Assembly (NCBI RefSeq): GCF_040938485.1
Contig: NW_027272210.1
Span: 310,001 to 374,000, forward strand
Source: Diadema antillarum
Taxonomy: Eukaryota
Reading direction: 5' to 3'
Length of the DNA: 64,000 bases
Shown here one piece after another: positions 26,801 to 38,615 of this stretch. The notes below the pieces were generated by a model that was given only the letters and a program-made list of their open reading frames with translations, was not told the DNA's origin and did no database searches. The position numbers were made by a program, and so were the translations under genes. Numbering within the stretch: the stretch's first letter is position 1; each line of letters opens with the position of its first letter.

Positions 26801-27028
26801 GATAGTTGTGCTCAGATTCCAGGCACTAAGGAAGAGATACAATTGTCATATAGCAGCATGAAGACTATAGCCATCAGATGACTTACATCTAGGCAGACAT
26901 CTCCCATCACTGGTCTAAAAATATGACAGGTGCTTGAGACAGCAAAGTTCTCAACGATCACTTACTATGACTCACAATAAACTATATGATACTCATACTA
27001 TCTCTCTGGTTGTATCTGTATTTTAATA

Positions 27029-27480
27029 CAGTATGTCCCCCCCAAAAAAAAAAAAAATTACAACGGGACCCTCCGCAATGATATCTTTAAAAATAGTGAA
27101 TCAATCTAAATATAATTTCAGGATATAAAACTACAACTTATTGCCCACATCTTACAGAAAACCCCATTCGATTTGCTTCAGTGGTCAAAGAGAAATGAGG
27201 AATTTTGTAGAGGATGTCAGGAATCTCTTCCTTCCAAGTTCTGTCTATTGTATTCACACACACGAGCATCTAAGTGCTAAAATTGGAAGAATCAGACTCA
27301 TGACATGCTTTACAAGTAACTACATCTCTCTGTGACCGCTTAACCAAATTGAATGGGGTTTTCTGCAAAATAGAGCTAAGATGTTATATTTTATGACCCT
27401 GAAGTAGCATTTAGACAGGTCAATCACATTGGGTGTTATCAATTCGAAAATCTGATTGTAATTTTTTTTTTGACATACTG
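27029..27480. mobile_element. Tc1/mariner-type MITE
   Basis: TA|cagtatgtc ... gacatactg|TA. Absent at the paralogous position in unit B (about 36220). Confidence 0.75.
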
Positions 27481-27645
27481 TACACACATACGTACATTGT
27501 ATATAGGCAAGGCTGAACATTAGCTGTGGCCTCAGCCATTAAATTCATTGTCGGCTACCAAAAGAAAAAGTTTGTGTAGATCCTTGATATGGGTATATTG
27601 AAAAAACTTTATTTTCTGTTTCCTATAGGGATTCAGTTAACAATA

Positions 27646-27829
27646 CTGTAAAAGTGGAAATTTTCGCGGTGTTGAAATTTTCGCGCAACCCGAAACTAGC
27701 ACAAAAATAAAAACACGTGAATATTTTTGCTCGCCATATGTTCCAGTAGTTGATGTCTTGATTCCGCGGAATTAAAAACACGCGAAACTCTTCTTACCCC
27801 ACCGATCGCGAAAATATCCACTTGTACAG
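27646..27829. mobile_element. MITE with TA target duplication (CTGTAAAAGTGGA...TCCACTTGTACAG)
   Basis: TIRs flanked by TA. Empty site caacaatatgcaag in unit B at about 36927-36940. Confidence 0.8.
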
Positions 27830-29512
27830 TATGCAAAATACCCCCTCCCCCCCAAAAAAAAAAAACCAAACAGACAAACAAATGTATACAAAAAGCACTA
27901 CACAATCGTTTCATATCATTGCTGTTATTATTTAAAAATTAATGAATAAAGGAATACAGTCATTTTGAAGAGGAAATAAAAAACTAACATATCCTCATAT
28001 ATCACATTATTCTATTACCTGTGAGCACACAAAGTTCCTGATTATTTCTAGCTCTCACTGAGAGGAAACAGTTTCTTAGTCATCAAAGAGTGTGGAACAA
28101 GCAATACCACTAGACAACAGCGGTGGCATAGCCTTCTTTCACGTGGTAATTGTGTTGCAATCATGCACTTACAAAAGTGAAACCAATCAGAAGATGGCAC
28201 AACATTATTGCTCTGTACTGATGAACAAGATATGCGGGCATGACATATCTTTTAAAACATCCTCCTACAGAACCAATAAATCTTACAATTAAAATGCATC
28301 AACCAATGTTCAGATCTCTCTTTCTTTCTCTCTCTCTCTCTCAAAAAAAACAACAACAAGACACACACATGATGGATTGATGGACACATTGATGGATGGT
28401 ATCGAGCCTACAAAAGGCATGTATACCACTCACAGATATGCTAACTTCTTGCCATTAAAACAAAAACAAAAACAAAAAACAGATGGGATATCCTAAAAAA
28501 TAATCAAATTTTTGATACGAAAATCAAATTTTCATGAAATCTTGACACTACCACTAGCCCATCACTTGATGAGTAAATTGTAAAGCATCTGCATATTTCC
28601 TGCCCATTTACGTTCGTCATTCAACATTTTTGTAGGGGTTGCAGGAATTCAGTAGTTCATCTTTCTATGTGAAGAAACGGTTTTCTGCAATTTCATGCAG
28701 TTTATATTGGCTTCATTTTTTTTTTTTAATGATGAAAAGTCCTACTTTCAAGAGGCAATTATTGTATTATCAAATTTCACTCTGTTTATCATACTAAATA
28801 CTACGAAATCGTATTGTTTGGCAACTCTGCACTCATTACATCTCAGAAACAATCATTCCTATTGTCAGTAACATGTTCACAATGTATGCCTATACTGTGG
28901 AGAGGAAGCCTATAATGATCACACTGTAACAAAACTACCAGTGAAGCAATTAAAGTGCACGTACACACGTACACAAGTTCTCATAAAGTGATCAGATCAC
29001 ATGCAAGTTATTAAACAAAGGAAACAGTCTGCCCCTATTTCTCCACTCAATGATGTTTCTGTTTTAAAAGCAGACAGGCACACGGGGAGCATGCCACAGC
29101 AAGTCATTGCAGTCGCTACAGCCACCACAAGAGAGAAGTTGTTTGACTCTTTTCACATACTGTGTGCAAAGGATTTCTCTACTTGCTACATCAACTCTTT
29201 AGATAAAGAAGGACTCATCGGTTACCCTGAGATGCACTAATTCAAGATCAAAATCATGCTTGCCGAGATCAGCAAAATTGGTGCACCAACTATCCTGGTA
29301 AATCACAGAAGAGGAAGACAATTTACTTTCTCACATATATTCTTCCAAGTGCATCTTTTTAGTGTTTGTCACCACTTTGGGTAGTAACTCCCTTCAATGA
29401 CCAGTTCCATCTTTGTAAAGATAAAGTGTTTCACCGTTCATTCCGGGAGTACTGACACTTGCCAAGCTTTGAAGTGATCCTTTATGCGTTGATGACTGAA
29501 TAGGAGCCCACA

Positions 29513-32291
29513 ATGCATACCCTAGTTTGCGCTGCACTCTACCTCTTCACATTTCTATGGATAGGAGGCATATTTTCATCAGAACTGATCGGAACAAGAA
29601 AGCAACATGTGCTCAGCGAAGATCACTGTTGTCTCAGTAACAGTGGAGAAGGTATTTGTGCTGATTGCACAAGACGAAACTTGACAACAGTTCCTGGGGA
29701 CCTTCCAAATGACACTGTCATTTTGAATCTATCACACAACTGGATATCAGAACTTTTCCATAATTCCTTTCATGGTCATGGAAATCTTCTAAGGCTAAAT
29801 GTGGCATATAACCGGCTCATCCAAATTGAAAATGGCACATTCTCCTCTCTTGAACATCTTCAAGTACTGAATTTATCATACAACAGGTTAACTGAATTTC
29901 AAGGTGGATGGTTTCATGCAAAAATCAATCTTGAAACTCTTCCTCTCACAAAGACGAATTTGACTTCAACGCCCAGTGCAGCCTTTGCAGGGTCACCAAA
30001 GCTGACACAACTTACTCTTTCAGCGAACAGGATACAGTCTCTCCATTTTGATCCTTTATCTAGATGGGACAATATATCCATCGATTTGTCGCAAAACAAT
30101 CTGTCATCTATCCAACAGCATGACTTTCTACCTCTGAAGAATTGTTTATTGTCATCTTTAGTCCTGAGCAGAAACAAGCGGCTTCACCTTCTAGGACCTA
30201 TGGTATTCTCTGGACTTCCTTTTGTCAGCAGCATTTTGCTCCATGGGATTAACATTACAAAGCTTGAGGTCCTGGCATTCATGGGCAAAGCATATATCAC
30301 TGAGTTATCTCTACAAAACTCTTCAATTAAGGAAATAATCCCTGTTAATTCATCAGCATACAATTTCAGTTTTCCAAACATCGAGATCATAGATTTGACA
30401 GACAATTTTATTCAGAAAATTCCTGAGTTTGCATTTTGGGGACTGAATTGGACGCAAACTCTCATTATACAGAGAAAATAAAGTTTTCAGTATCCAAAAC
30501 ACATCTTTCTGTTCACTAGATGATTTGCAGGTTCTTGACCTATCACATAATCAAATCATATTTCTGCCAGATTTTGCCTTTCACTGCAATAAACATCTCC
30601 TTGAACTGCTGCTATCTTACAACAAGATAATGAGACTACATTCTACTTCTTTTAAGGGATTGAGTTCATTACTCCATCTGAACCTGTCTTACAACTCATT
30701 AGAAAACAGTCTAGACAAGTTCACTTTTATGCCATCCCTTGTCAATCTTGACCTTTGCTGCAACAAAATGACAAGACTAACAAAAAATCTATTCAGGAAA
30801 CTTTCTCATTTGCAGTATCTTAACATGTCTAACAATGATATTGAATCTGACATTAATTCAGCTTTTGCCAGCACACGGAAGATGAAAGAACTGATTCTTT
30901 CATATGAGAAAAATCTGCATCTACATGAAGACTTTTGCACCTTGGACAAACTGCAAAAACTGAATCTATCCCATTCACCTCTGACTATGAATTCAACAGA
31001 TCAATTTCGTGGTACTGCATCCCTCATAATGCTTGACATGAGCTTCACCAACCTGCAAAGTATGCATCTGTTTGACATTTCCAAACGATCTTCCTTGTTC
31101 TTGGGCCTGAAATCTTTGGAACGACTCTTCTTGCGAGGCAACAACTTCTTAAACAAATTGAAACCTGGTACATTTGATCCACTGACTAAACTCAAGGTAT
31201 TGGATATTTCTAATTCTAAAATTACAGTTGTCAGAGCAAAACTGTTCAACAGCCTGACTCTTCTATCAAGTTTACGTCTGCATGGCAACCAACTCATAGA
31301 ATTGAACACACAAACACTTTGTGGCCTGCAACAACTTCATTCTCTTTTTGTTCAAAGCAATTTCATACAGTCTATTCCAGTCACACTGTTCAACAGCACA
31401 CCTAATCTTTCAAAAATATTTATGTCACAGAATCATGTGAGTACTGTGCTTCCAGGCACAGTATTCCCCAGAAATGTGGAAATTGATTTGTCAAAAAATC
31501 CAATTATCTGCTCCTGTGAGTTGACATGGTTCAGAACTCTGCTGGACACAAATAACATTGCACTTATACATGCTAACAAGACTGTTTGTGAAAGGACATC
31601 CACGATGGGTACTGCCAACAAACCCCTTCTGCAGTTTCATCCTGAGGAGCTTTGCATTGTGAGTCCTGTCGTGACAATTGTGACATCTCTGGTACTCATA
31701 GCACTGTCACTCCTCTGTGTGCTTGTTTATCGCAAGCGATGGTGGCTGAGGAACAAGGTCTGCCTCATGAAAATGGCCATTCGCGGATATGAGGACCTTG
31801 AGGAGCACAATGCCGACAACTACCAATACCAGCTCAATGTCATGTTCAACGATGCTGATGCAGAATGGATCAATGGCACCATGAAGCCTGCTATGGAAGA
31901 GAGGTTTCCATACTTCACAAACATTCTGTGGGCTGACAACTATCTAAATGCTGGCATGCACTACGTGGATGCCCTATACAATGCCATGGAAATCAGCTAC
32001 AAGACCCTTCTCGTGCTAAGTAACCAATCAGTGGCAGACACATGGTTCATGTCCAAGGTGCGGATGGCTCTGGAACACCTTAATGAGACCAGATTGGACA
32101 GAGTCACACTGATTTTCCTTGAGGAAATCTCTGACGATCAACTCCCCTATCTGGTACGACTTCTCCTGAATGCCAACAGAGCTACCCTGATGTGGGCTAA
32201 GAATACAGACAGGCAAGATTTGTTCTGGGAGCAATTTCGGCACAGGCTTGTACGAGAGGAATTCAATTACATACCAATTGAATCATGCTAA
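29513..32291 (+). pseudogene. TLR: Toll-like receptor (TLR-A), single-cysteine-cluster LRR-TM-TIR type, disrupted by one 1-bp insertion at about 30470
   Basis: ORFs 29513-30481 and 30525-32291 join into a 925-aa TLR collinear with TLR-B if one C is removed (A: ATA C AGA GAA AAT AAA; B: ATA AGG GAA AAT AAA). Signal peptide, LRRNT, about 24 LRRs, LRRCT (NPIICSCEL), TM and TIR are all present. The lesion could be a base-calling error. Confidence 0.85.
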
Positions 32292-33070
32292 TTTCTGAGC
32301 TGGAAAGGAAATGTCTTTGCAAGGGAAAGCAAAGGACACACACTGATGTATGGCAGATACAATGCGAAATACATCATGAGATAATGAGGTACACTGCACT
32401 TACATGCAGTGATATTTCAAACTTTGTACAAAATGCACATAATTTGAGATACATGTGAGTGTGAATTATGTAATGTAATAGCACCAATTGTACAGCTCTC
32501 ATGTGACATATTCATTTGTGTCTTTTCCCACAGTAGAAATAGGCATGCGCAATGTTTATCAGGAATAGAAACATATTTCTTGAATGATAGGAGTACCAAA
32601 TGAATTACTGCAGTATTTTTTACCATTTTCTTTTTTTTTTGCCAACAAGATGAGTGCCAACAAATGACTGCGGTATGTAACACCAAGATAATTCTGCTGC
32701 AAATGCGCAATTAAGAAGGGATCTTCTTTAGAATCAGTAAACCAAGCCTGAACTCTGTTGTATGAAGTGTCTTGTTTTGAAATTACGGGGGAAAACACTA
32801 ATGTATAACTGGTCTTGAACGCTGAATTCTGATTGTCTGAAATTCATATCATTGCAAAGGTTCAATCTCAAATAATTGATTTCACCATAACCATTTTCTT
32901 TTTTCTGTTATGACCATCAGCTATTGAGCATGTATATTTGTACTTGTCCAACATGTACTTACAAGAAAATTCATGAGGAAGAGTGTATAGCAAGTAAATG
33001 GAACAGGTGTGGATAATATGTAATTAACAAGAGCATATCATCTACACATCACTCTGTATGAGAGCATGTA

Positions 33071-33256
33071 CAGTGCACTCCCATTATGACGAACACGGTT
33101 ATAACGAAATTCTGGTTACAACAAAGTAAAAATTCAGGCCGCAACATTATCCGCTCCATGTATTTCTATTGTTTAATTGTTCGGTTATAACGAAGTTTCG
33201 ATATAACAAAAGAAAACTGCTGGTACCAAGGACTTTGTTGGAATGGGAGTCCACTG
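33071..33256. mobile_element. Tc1/mariner-type MITE (CAGTGCACTCCCATT...AATGGGAGTCCACTG)
   Basis: TIRs with left TA. Absent from the paralogous B flank (about 42580). Confidence 0.75.
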
Positions 33257-34216
33257 TTTACTGTGCCAGTCAGGCAATCAATCATTTGCTTGACCAACAT
33301 TCCTGACACTGCATGCTGTCAATAAATTTTGTTGTTCTTTTTTAAATCTTTCTTCATATTCTTTAATTTCCATAGAATAGTGAAACTACTTTGCTCAGTG
33401 AAGTATTATGTTTTGATGCTGTATACTGCAACAAACTTGTTAAACAGAATGCATGCTGTGTCTGGCTACTTTGAAATTGTATCAAAATTGTGACTGCATG
33501 ACAAAGGATGGCCAAGGAAAAAGTTGTATCAAAGGAACTGCTAATACAGAAGATTTGACAGTTTCTATTTGAGAGATTTAGTTTGACATAGAGACCTATT
33601 AAAGTGATATCAACCAACATGAAATACAGATTTATTTTATTTGTGAATGCTTGCTGGTAATACTGAAAGTAATAATTTAAGATTTCTATCATTCAAAATA
33701 CGAAAAATTATTTTTTTCAAGCACCATTATTTCAAAGGGCAAAAATAGAACACATTTCTATATGATCAGCATATTTCTAGACCAGCATGTAAATACTTGT
33801 GGCCTGATGAATCATCAAAAAGAAAATAATTTAAAAAAAGCTACTCCATGAATATTTTGAACCAAGTAGTTTCAGTCATCCATGATAGAAAAAACATTGC
33901 TGTCAATTATGCACGCATACATTTGGAACAACTTATGCTTTATCACATTGTGTGTTCAGATGTAGTATGTCACATATATATATGTCATACGGTCATAATT
34001 GGTTCAATGTACTGCATGTCCGAATGTTAAGCACTTTGAAACATTCTGTATGTATACTATAATGTTTGATATCTATGGTAACGAGGAATCACCATTGTCA
34101 TAATTATTTCTACTATCATGCAAGATATTCACCTGTTAAATCATACCTGCAACATCTGATTTCATTTCAGCCAAGTCTCACAGACCAAATTAGCAAGGAT
34201 AATTTTGAAACTTTAA

Positions 34217-34599
34217 GAGGTGTGTAGAGTTCTGGTTGAGGTGAGGATTTAGCTTTTAACATTTTGTGAGATATTCAGAAACCACTATGTGAGATGTCAA
34301 AGAGCGCGCAATTCTAAGGGGTATCAAAAGTTTATTTGATGAAAATCGGTTTTGAAGTGGCCGGGATATCCAAAAACAAGGTGAAACAAAGAGATCCTAA
34401 TAAAGTTGTGGCCTGTAGTCTTTTATCATTATTACTTTTTTGGATATCTCAGCCATTTGAAAATCAATTTTCATCAAATGAATGTTGAATCCTTCTTAAA
34501 ATTACATGCTCTTTCAATTTTCATAAGAGGTTATTCATTATCTCACTGAGGAATGTAAAAAACATGAATCCCCACCTCAACCAGTACTGTACAGCCCCT
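34217..34599. mobile_element. TTAA-flanked MITE (Kolobok-like termini)
   Basis: TTAA at 34213-34216 and 34600-34603; imperfect TIR of about 30 bp. The empty site caactttaatctgtgag is present at about 43443 and about 55792. Confidence 0.8.
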
Positions 34600-35269
34600 T
34601 TAATCTGTGAGGCCTCAATACACAGTGTAATGTAAATGGGGCACTAGTTTTCTATTCTCATGAAACAATATAGATCTTGATGGAAATAGCTGTATAAAAT
34701 CAACGTGTGAGAGTATTTTTTCTCAATTTTTTTCTCTGCGAACCTTGGACTCATTATGACATTCGTCGATCTCAAACACTATCTGAATTGTAATATAGCA
34801 TTATGTGAGTACCTTCTCTAGTATAGAGGTTATGCTAGATTAGATAAAACTACTAATTCACCTGATGCCCACAAAAATTTATGCAAGACCTTCACTTTCA
34901 AGACTCTCTACATATTGTCAACAAAGAGCATGTTGACATAGACAATAATGATAAACGTCACCAAATATATTTATTCAAATAATATACATTGTATATCATG
35001 GTACACAAGTGCACCCTGATACATATCTGCTGCCTACAATTGTATACTATGTAGGCTTGAATCCAATTTACATGGGTACATATTGTAGAATACTATACTT
35101 TTTAAAATCTAAAATTATATGAATGGAAGCTGCAAAGATGTATCATTGGTTTTTTTTTGTTTTTTTTTTGTTCATTACACTTGAGCTGTGTCAATATCAG
35201 TTTTAAGAATAAACTTCAATATCAGTTTAAAGAATAAACTTATTTTACTGGGTCCTACTTATTACCAGA

Positions 35270-35897
35270 CATGCCGTCAAACCCCCGTTTGAGACGAGAC
35301 CCCATTGGCAAACGAAGCTGATGGGGTGCTATACCCCCCTAACGAGTCCTCATTTGAGAAGTGGGAGGATATGTATTTGCCCATTGCAAAATAACTTTCT
35401 ACTCAGGCGTAGCAAACCTGGAGGCCAAGCCAGGGTTTAATGACTGCAACAGCTGTCATATTACGTAAGAACATGATAAGGATATCTGCCTGTGGCAGAC
35501 CATTCAAAGTGAACTCAATTTTCTCTATTCTTTCTAAAGTTTTAAATTTTATATTCTACTGAGAAATTCTATGGTCATACGTTTTAAATTTCGAACGAAA
35601 AATTTGACCCATAAATAATGAAAATACAGGAATAAGAAGGAGAGCATTATAGGAGTTTGCCGACACACACACGCACCATGGAGCTACATAGCCCATGCTA
35701 AAACCAAAACAATCTCCTCCTCTCGCGGGTGCCCCCCCCCCCCCCCGCCCCCCCTGTGGCGGTGACTGATGTTTAGATTAGGCCAGGGTCAAGAAACAGG
35801 TGTTTTATATCTTTGGTTTTTAAGTCCTTGATTGCCAAGATATACACTGGCATTGTCTACATGGGTGTAGCTTCTTCAAACGAGAGATTTGTCTCAT
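35270..35897. mobile_element. About 630-bp insertion specific to the unit A 3' flank, probable TE
   Basis: It interrupts ttaccag|aaatgttctt, which is contiguous at about 44090 and about 56432. Terminal similarity is weak only. Confidence 0.5.
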
Positions 35898-36305
35898 GAA
35901 TGTTCTTTTTGGCATCAATGTGCTGAGTTTTGGGAACAGCATAAAAGACAAAAACATGGTCACTCAGTGTATTTCTTCTGATTTTATTTCTATTGATCCC
36001 AGGTACTATAAAGGAAGAGATACAATTGTAATACAGCAGCATGGAGACTGCAGCCATTAAGTGTCTTACATCTAGGCAGACATCTCCATCACTTGTCTAA
36101 AAATATACATCAGGTGGTTGAGACAGCAAAGTTCTCCATGAGCACTTACTATGACTCATCATAAACTAGGAAATATTATCTATATTGTTTTAATATCTCT
36201 CTAGTTTTATCTGTATTCTAATAAACATATTATACAACATCATGTACGCAATGCTGAACGTTAGCTATAGCCCTCAGGGATTAAATTTCATTGTCAGGCC
36301 ACTAA

Positions 36306-36845
36306 AGGGCTTTTTACACTTGTAAATTTTTGCTTAGTCCCGTACCAACGGTGGGGCTAAGGGGGGGCCTTAGCCCCACCGTTGGTACGGGACTATCCTT
36401 AGCCCACTTTCTGTTTACACTCGTTTTTGCCAAAGTGGGCTAGCCCCACCGACAGTCCGGTACTATCTGGCCCTGCAAAATAGCAGGGTTAGCACCGCAA
36501 TTGCGGTGCCAAGCAAGTGAGTGTAAACAGAACGAAAAAATAATCCTGGGCTAAGCGACGGAGACGAAGTCCGACCCTCACTGACCAATCAGAAACGAGG
36601 TAATCAAGTGCTGCCGGTGCGTGCATAATACAGTACACAGCATAATCATGAATATTCATGTGGTTTGGAAAGTCCGGGGCTAAGAAATACGAGTGTAAAA
36701 AGGTCAGTTTTCTCCTTAGCCCCGGACAAGAGATAGTACGGGACTAATTGGCCAGTGTAAAAAGCTGAAAAAATTGGTACGGGACTAACGATAGTCCTGG
36801 GTCAGAGAAAGTCCGGGGTTAAGAAACACAAGTGTAAAAAGGGCT
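36306..36845. mobile_element. PIF/Harbinger-type MITE with internal hairpin
   Basis: TAA duplication (36303-36305, 36846-36848); TIRs agggctttttacacttg / caagtgtaaaaagggct; absent from unit A (about 27560). Confidence 0.82.
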
Positions 36846-38615
36846 TAAAAGAAAAAGTTAATGTCAAAGCCTTGATATAGGTATCTTGCAGAAAACTTTA
36901 TTTTCTATTCATTATGGGAATTCAGTCAACAATATGCAAGATACGCCCCCCCAAAAAAAAAAATAAAGGATGCAAAAAGCACTACACCATCATTTTGCAT
37001 CACAACTCTTATTAAAAAACAACAACAAGGAATGCAGTGATTTTGAAGGGGAAATAAAAAACAAGCATATCCCAATATATATCAGATCATTTTATTACCT
37101 GTGAGCACAAAAAAAAAAATTCATGATAATTTCTAGCCCTCACTGAGAGGAAACAGAGTATTGAACACAGCAATATCACTATACGAGAGCTGTTGCATAG
37201 CCTTCTTTCATATGGTGATTGTGGTGCAACCATGCACTTATTAAAGTGAAACCAATCTCAAACGGCACAACATTATTGTTGCTGATCTGTACAGATGGAA
37301 CTAGATGAGAGGGCATAATATATCTTTTTAATATCTTTCCACAGAATTGATTAATCTTACAATTAAAATGTGTCAACCAATGTCTTTCCCTCTCCCTCTC
37401 TCTCTCTCTCAAAAAAAGTGATGGATGGTTTCGAGCCTACAAAATTTATGTTTTTAAACCACTCACAGAGATGCCAGCTTCTTGACATTAAAACAAAACA
37501 AAACAAAGAAACAAAACAAAACAGATGGGACATCCTTAAAAAAAAAATCAGATTTTTGAGAGGAAATCAGATTTTCATGAAATCTTGATACCACCACTAG
37601 CCCATTGGCTCTGGACCAGTAAAATGTCAGAAAAAAAAAATCCCTGGTACAAACAGGCAAGTAAATTGTACTACTTTATCATTAGATGAGAAAATTTTAA
37701 AGCATCCACATACCTCCCGCCCATCTAGGCTCATCGTTCAACATTTTTGTAGAGGTTGCAGGAAGTTAGTAGTACATATTTCTATGTGATAAGCAGTTTT
37801 CCGTGGTTTATATTGGCTTCATTTTCATCTCTTTTTTTGCATTCAAAAGATGAAAAGTTGTACTTTCAAGAATATCGTGTTATCATATTTCACTCTCTTT
37901 ATCGTACTTATACCACAGAATTGTATTGGATGGTGTCTCTGCACTCATCACATTTCATATACTCAGAAATAATCATTGCTACTGTTAGTAACATAATCAC
38001 AATGCAGGCCTAAACTGTGGAAAGGAAGCCTACATTGATCACAAATGAACAAAACTACTAGTAAAGTAAAAGTGCATGCATAACCACACACAATTCTCAT
38101 ATAACAGTCCAATCACATGCAAGATATAAAACACAGGAAGCAGCCCGTCCCCACTTTTTATATGATGTTTCTGTTTTCAAAGCTGACAGGCATATATGCA
38201 GAGCATGTCACAAATCACTGCAGTCACTACAGTCACCAGGAAGAGAATTTGTTAGACTCTTTTCACATACCACACACACAGGATATTCTCTACTTGCTAC
38301 GGCTCTTTCGACAAAGGACTTTTCGTTATCTCGATCGACATGCACTGATGTTGGTTCAAAATTTTGCTTGCCGAGATCACAAGAAATTGGTGCATCAACT
38401 ATCCTGGTCAATTATAGAAGAGGAAGACACTTAAATCTCTCACTTATTCTTCTCAGTGCATAGTGTCTGTCAACACTTTGGGCAGTAACTACCTTTGATG
38501 ACCAGTTCTATCTTTGTAAAGATTAAGTGTCTCACCACTCATTCTGGGAGTATAATGACACTCGCCAAGCTCTGAGGTGATTCTTAATGCGCTGATGACT
38601 ACATAGGAGCCCACA

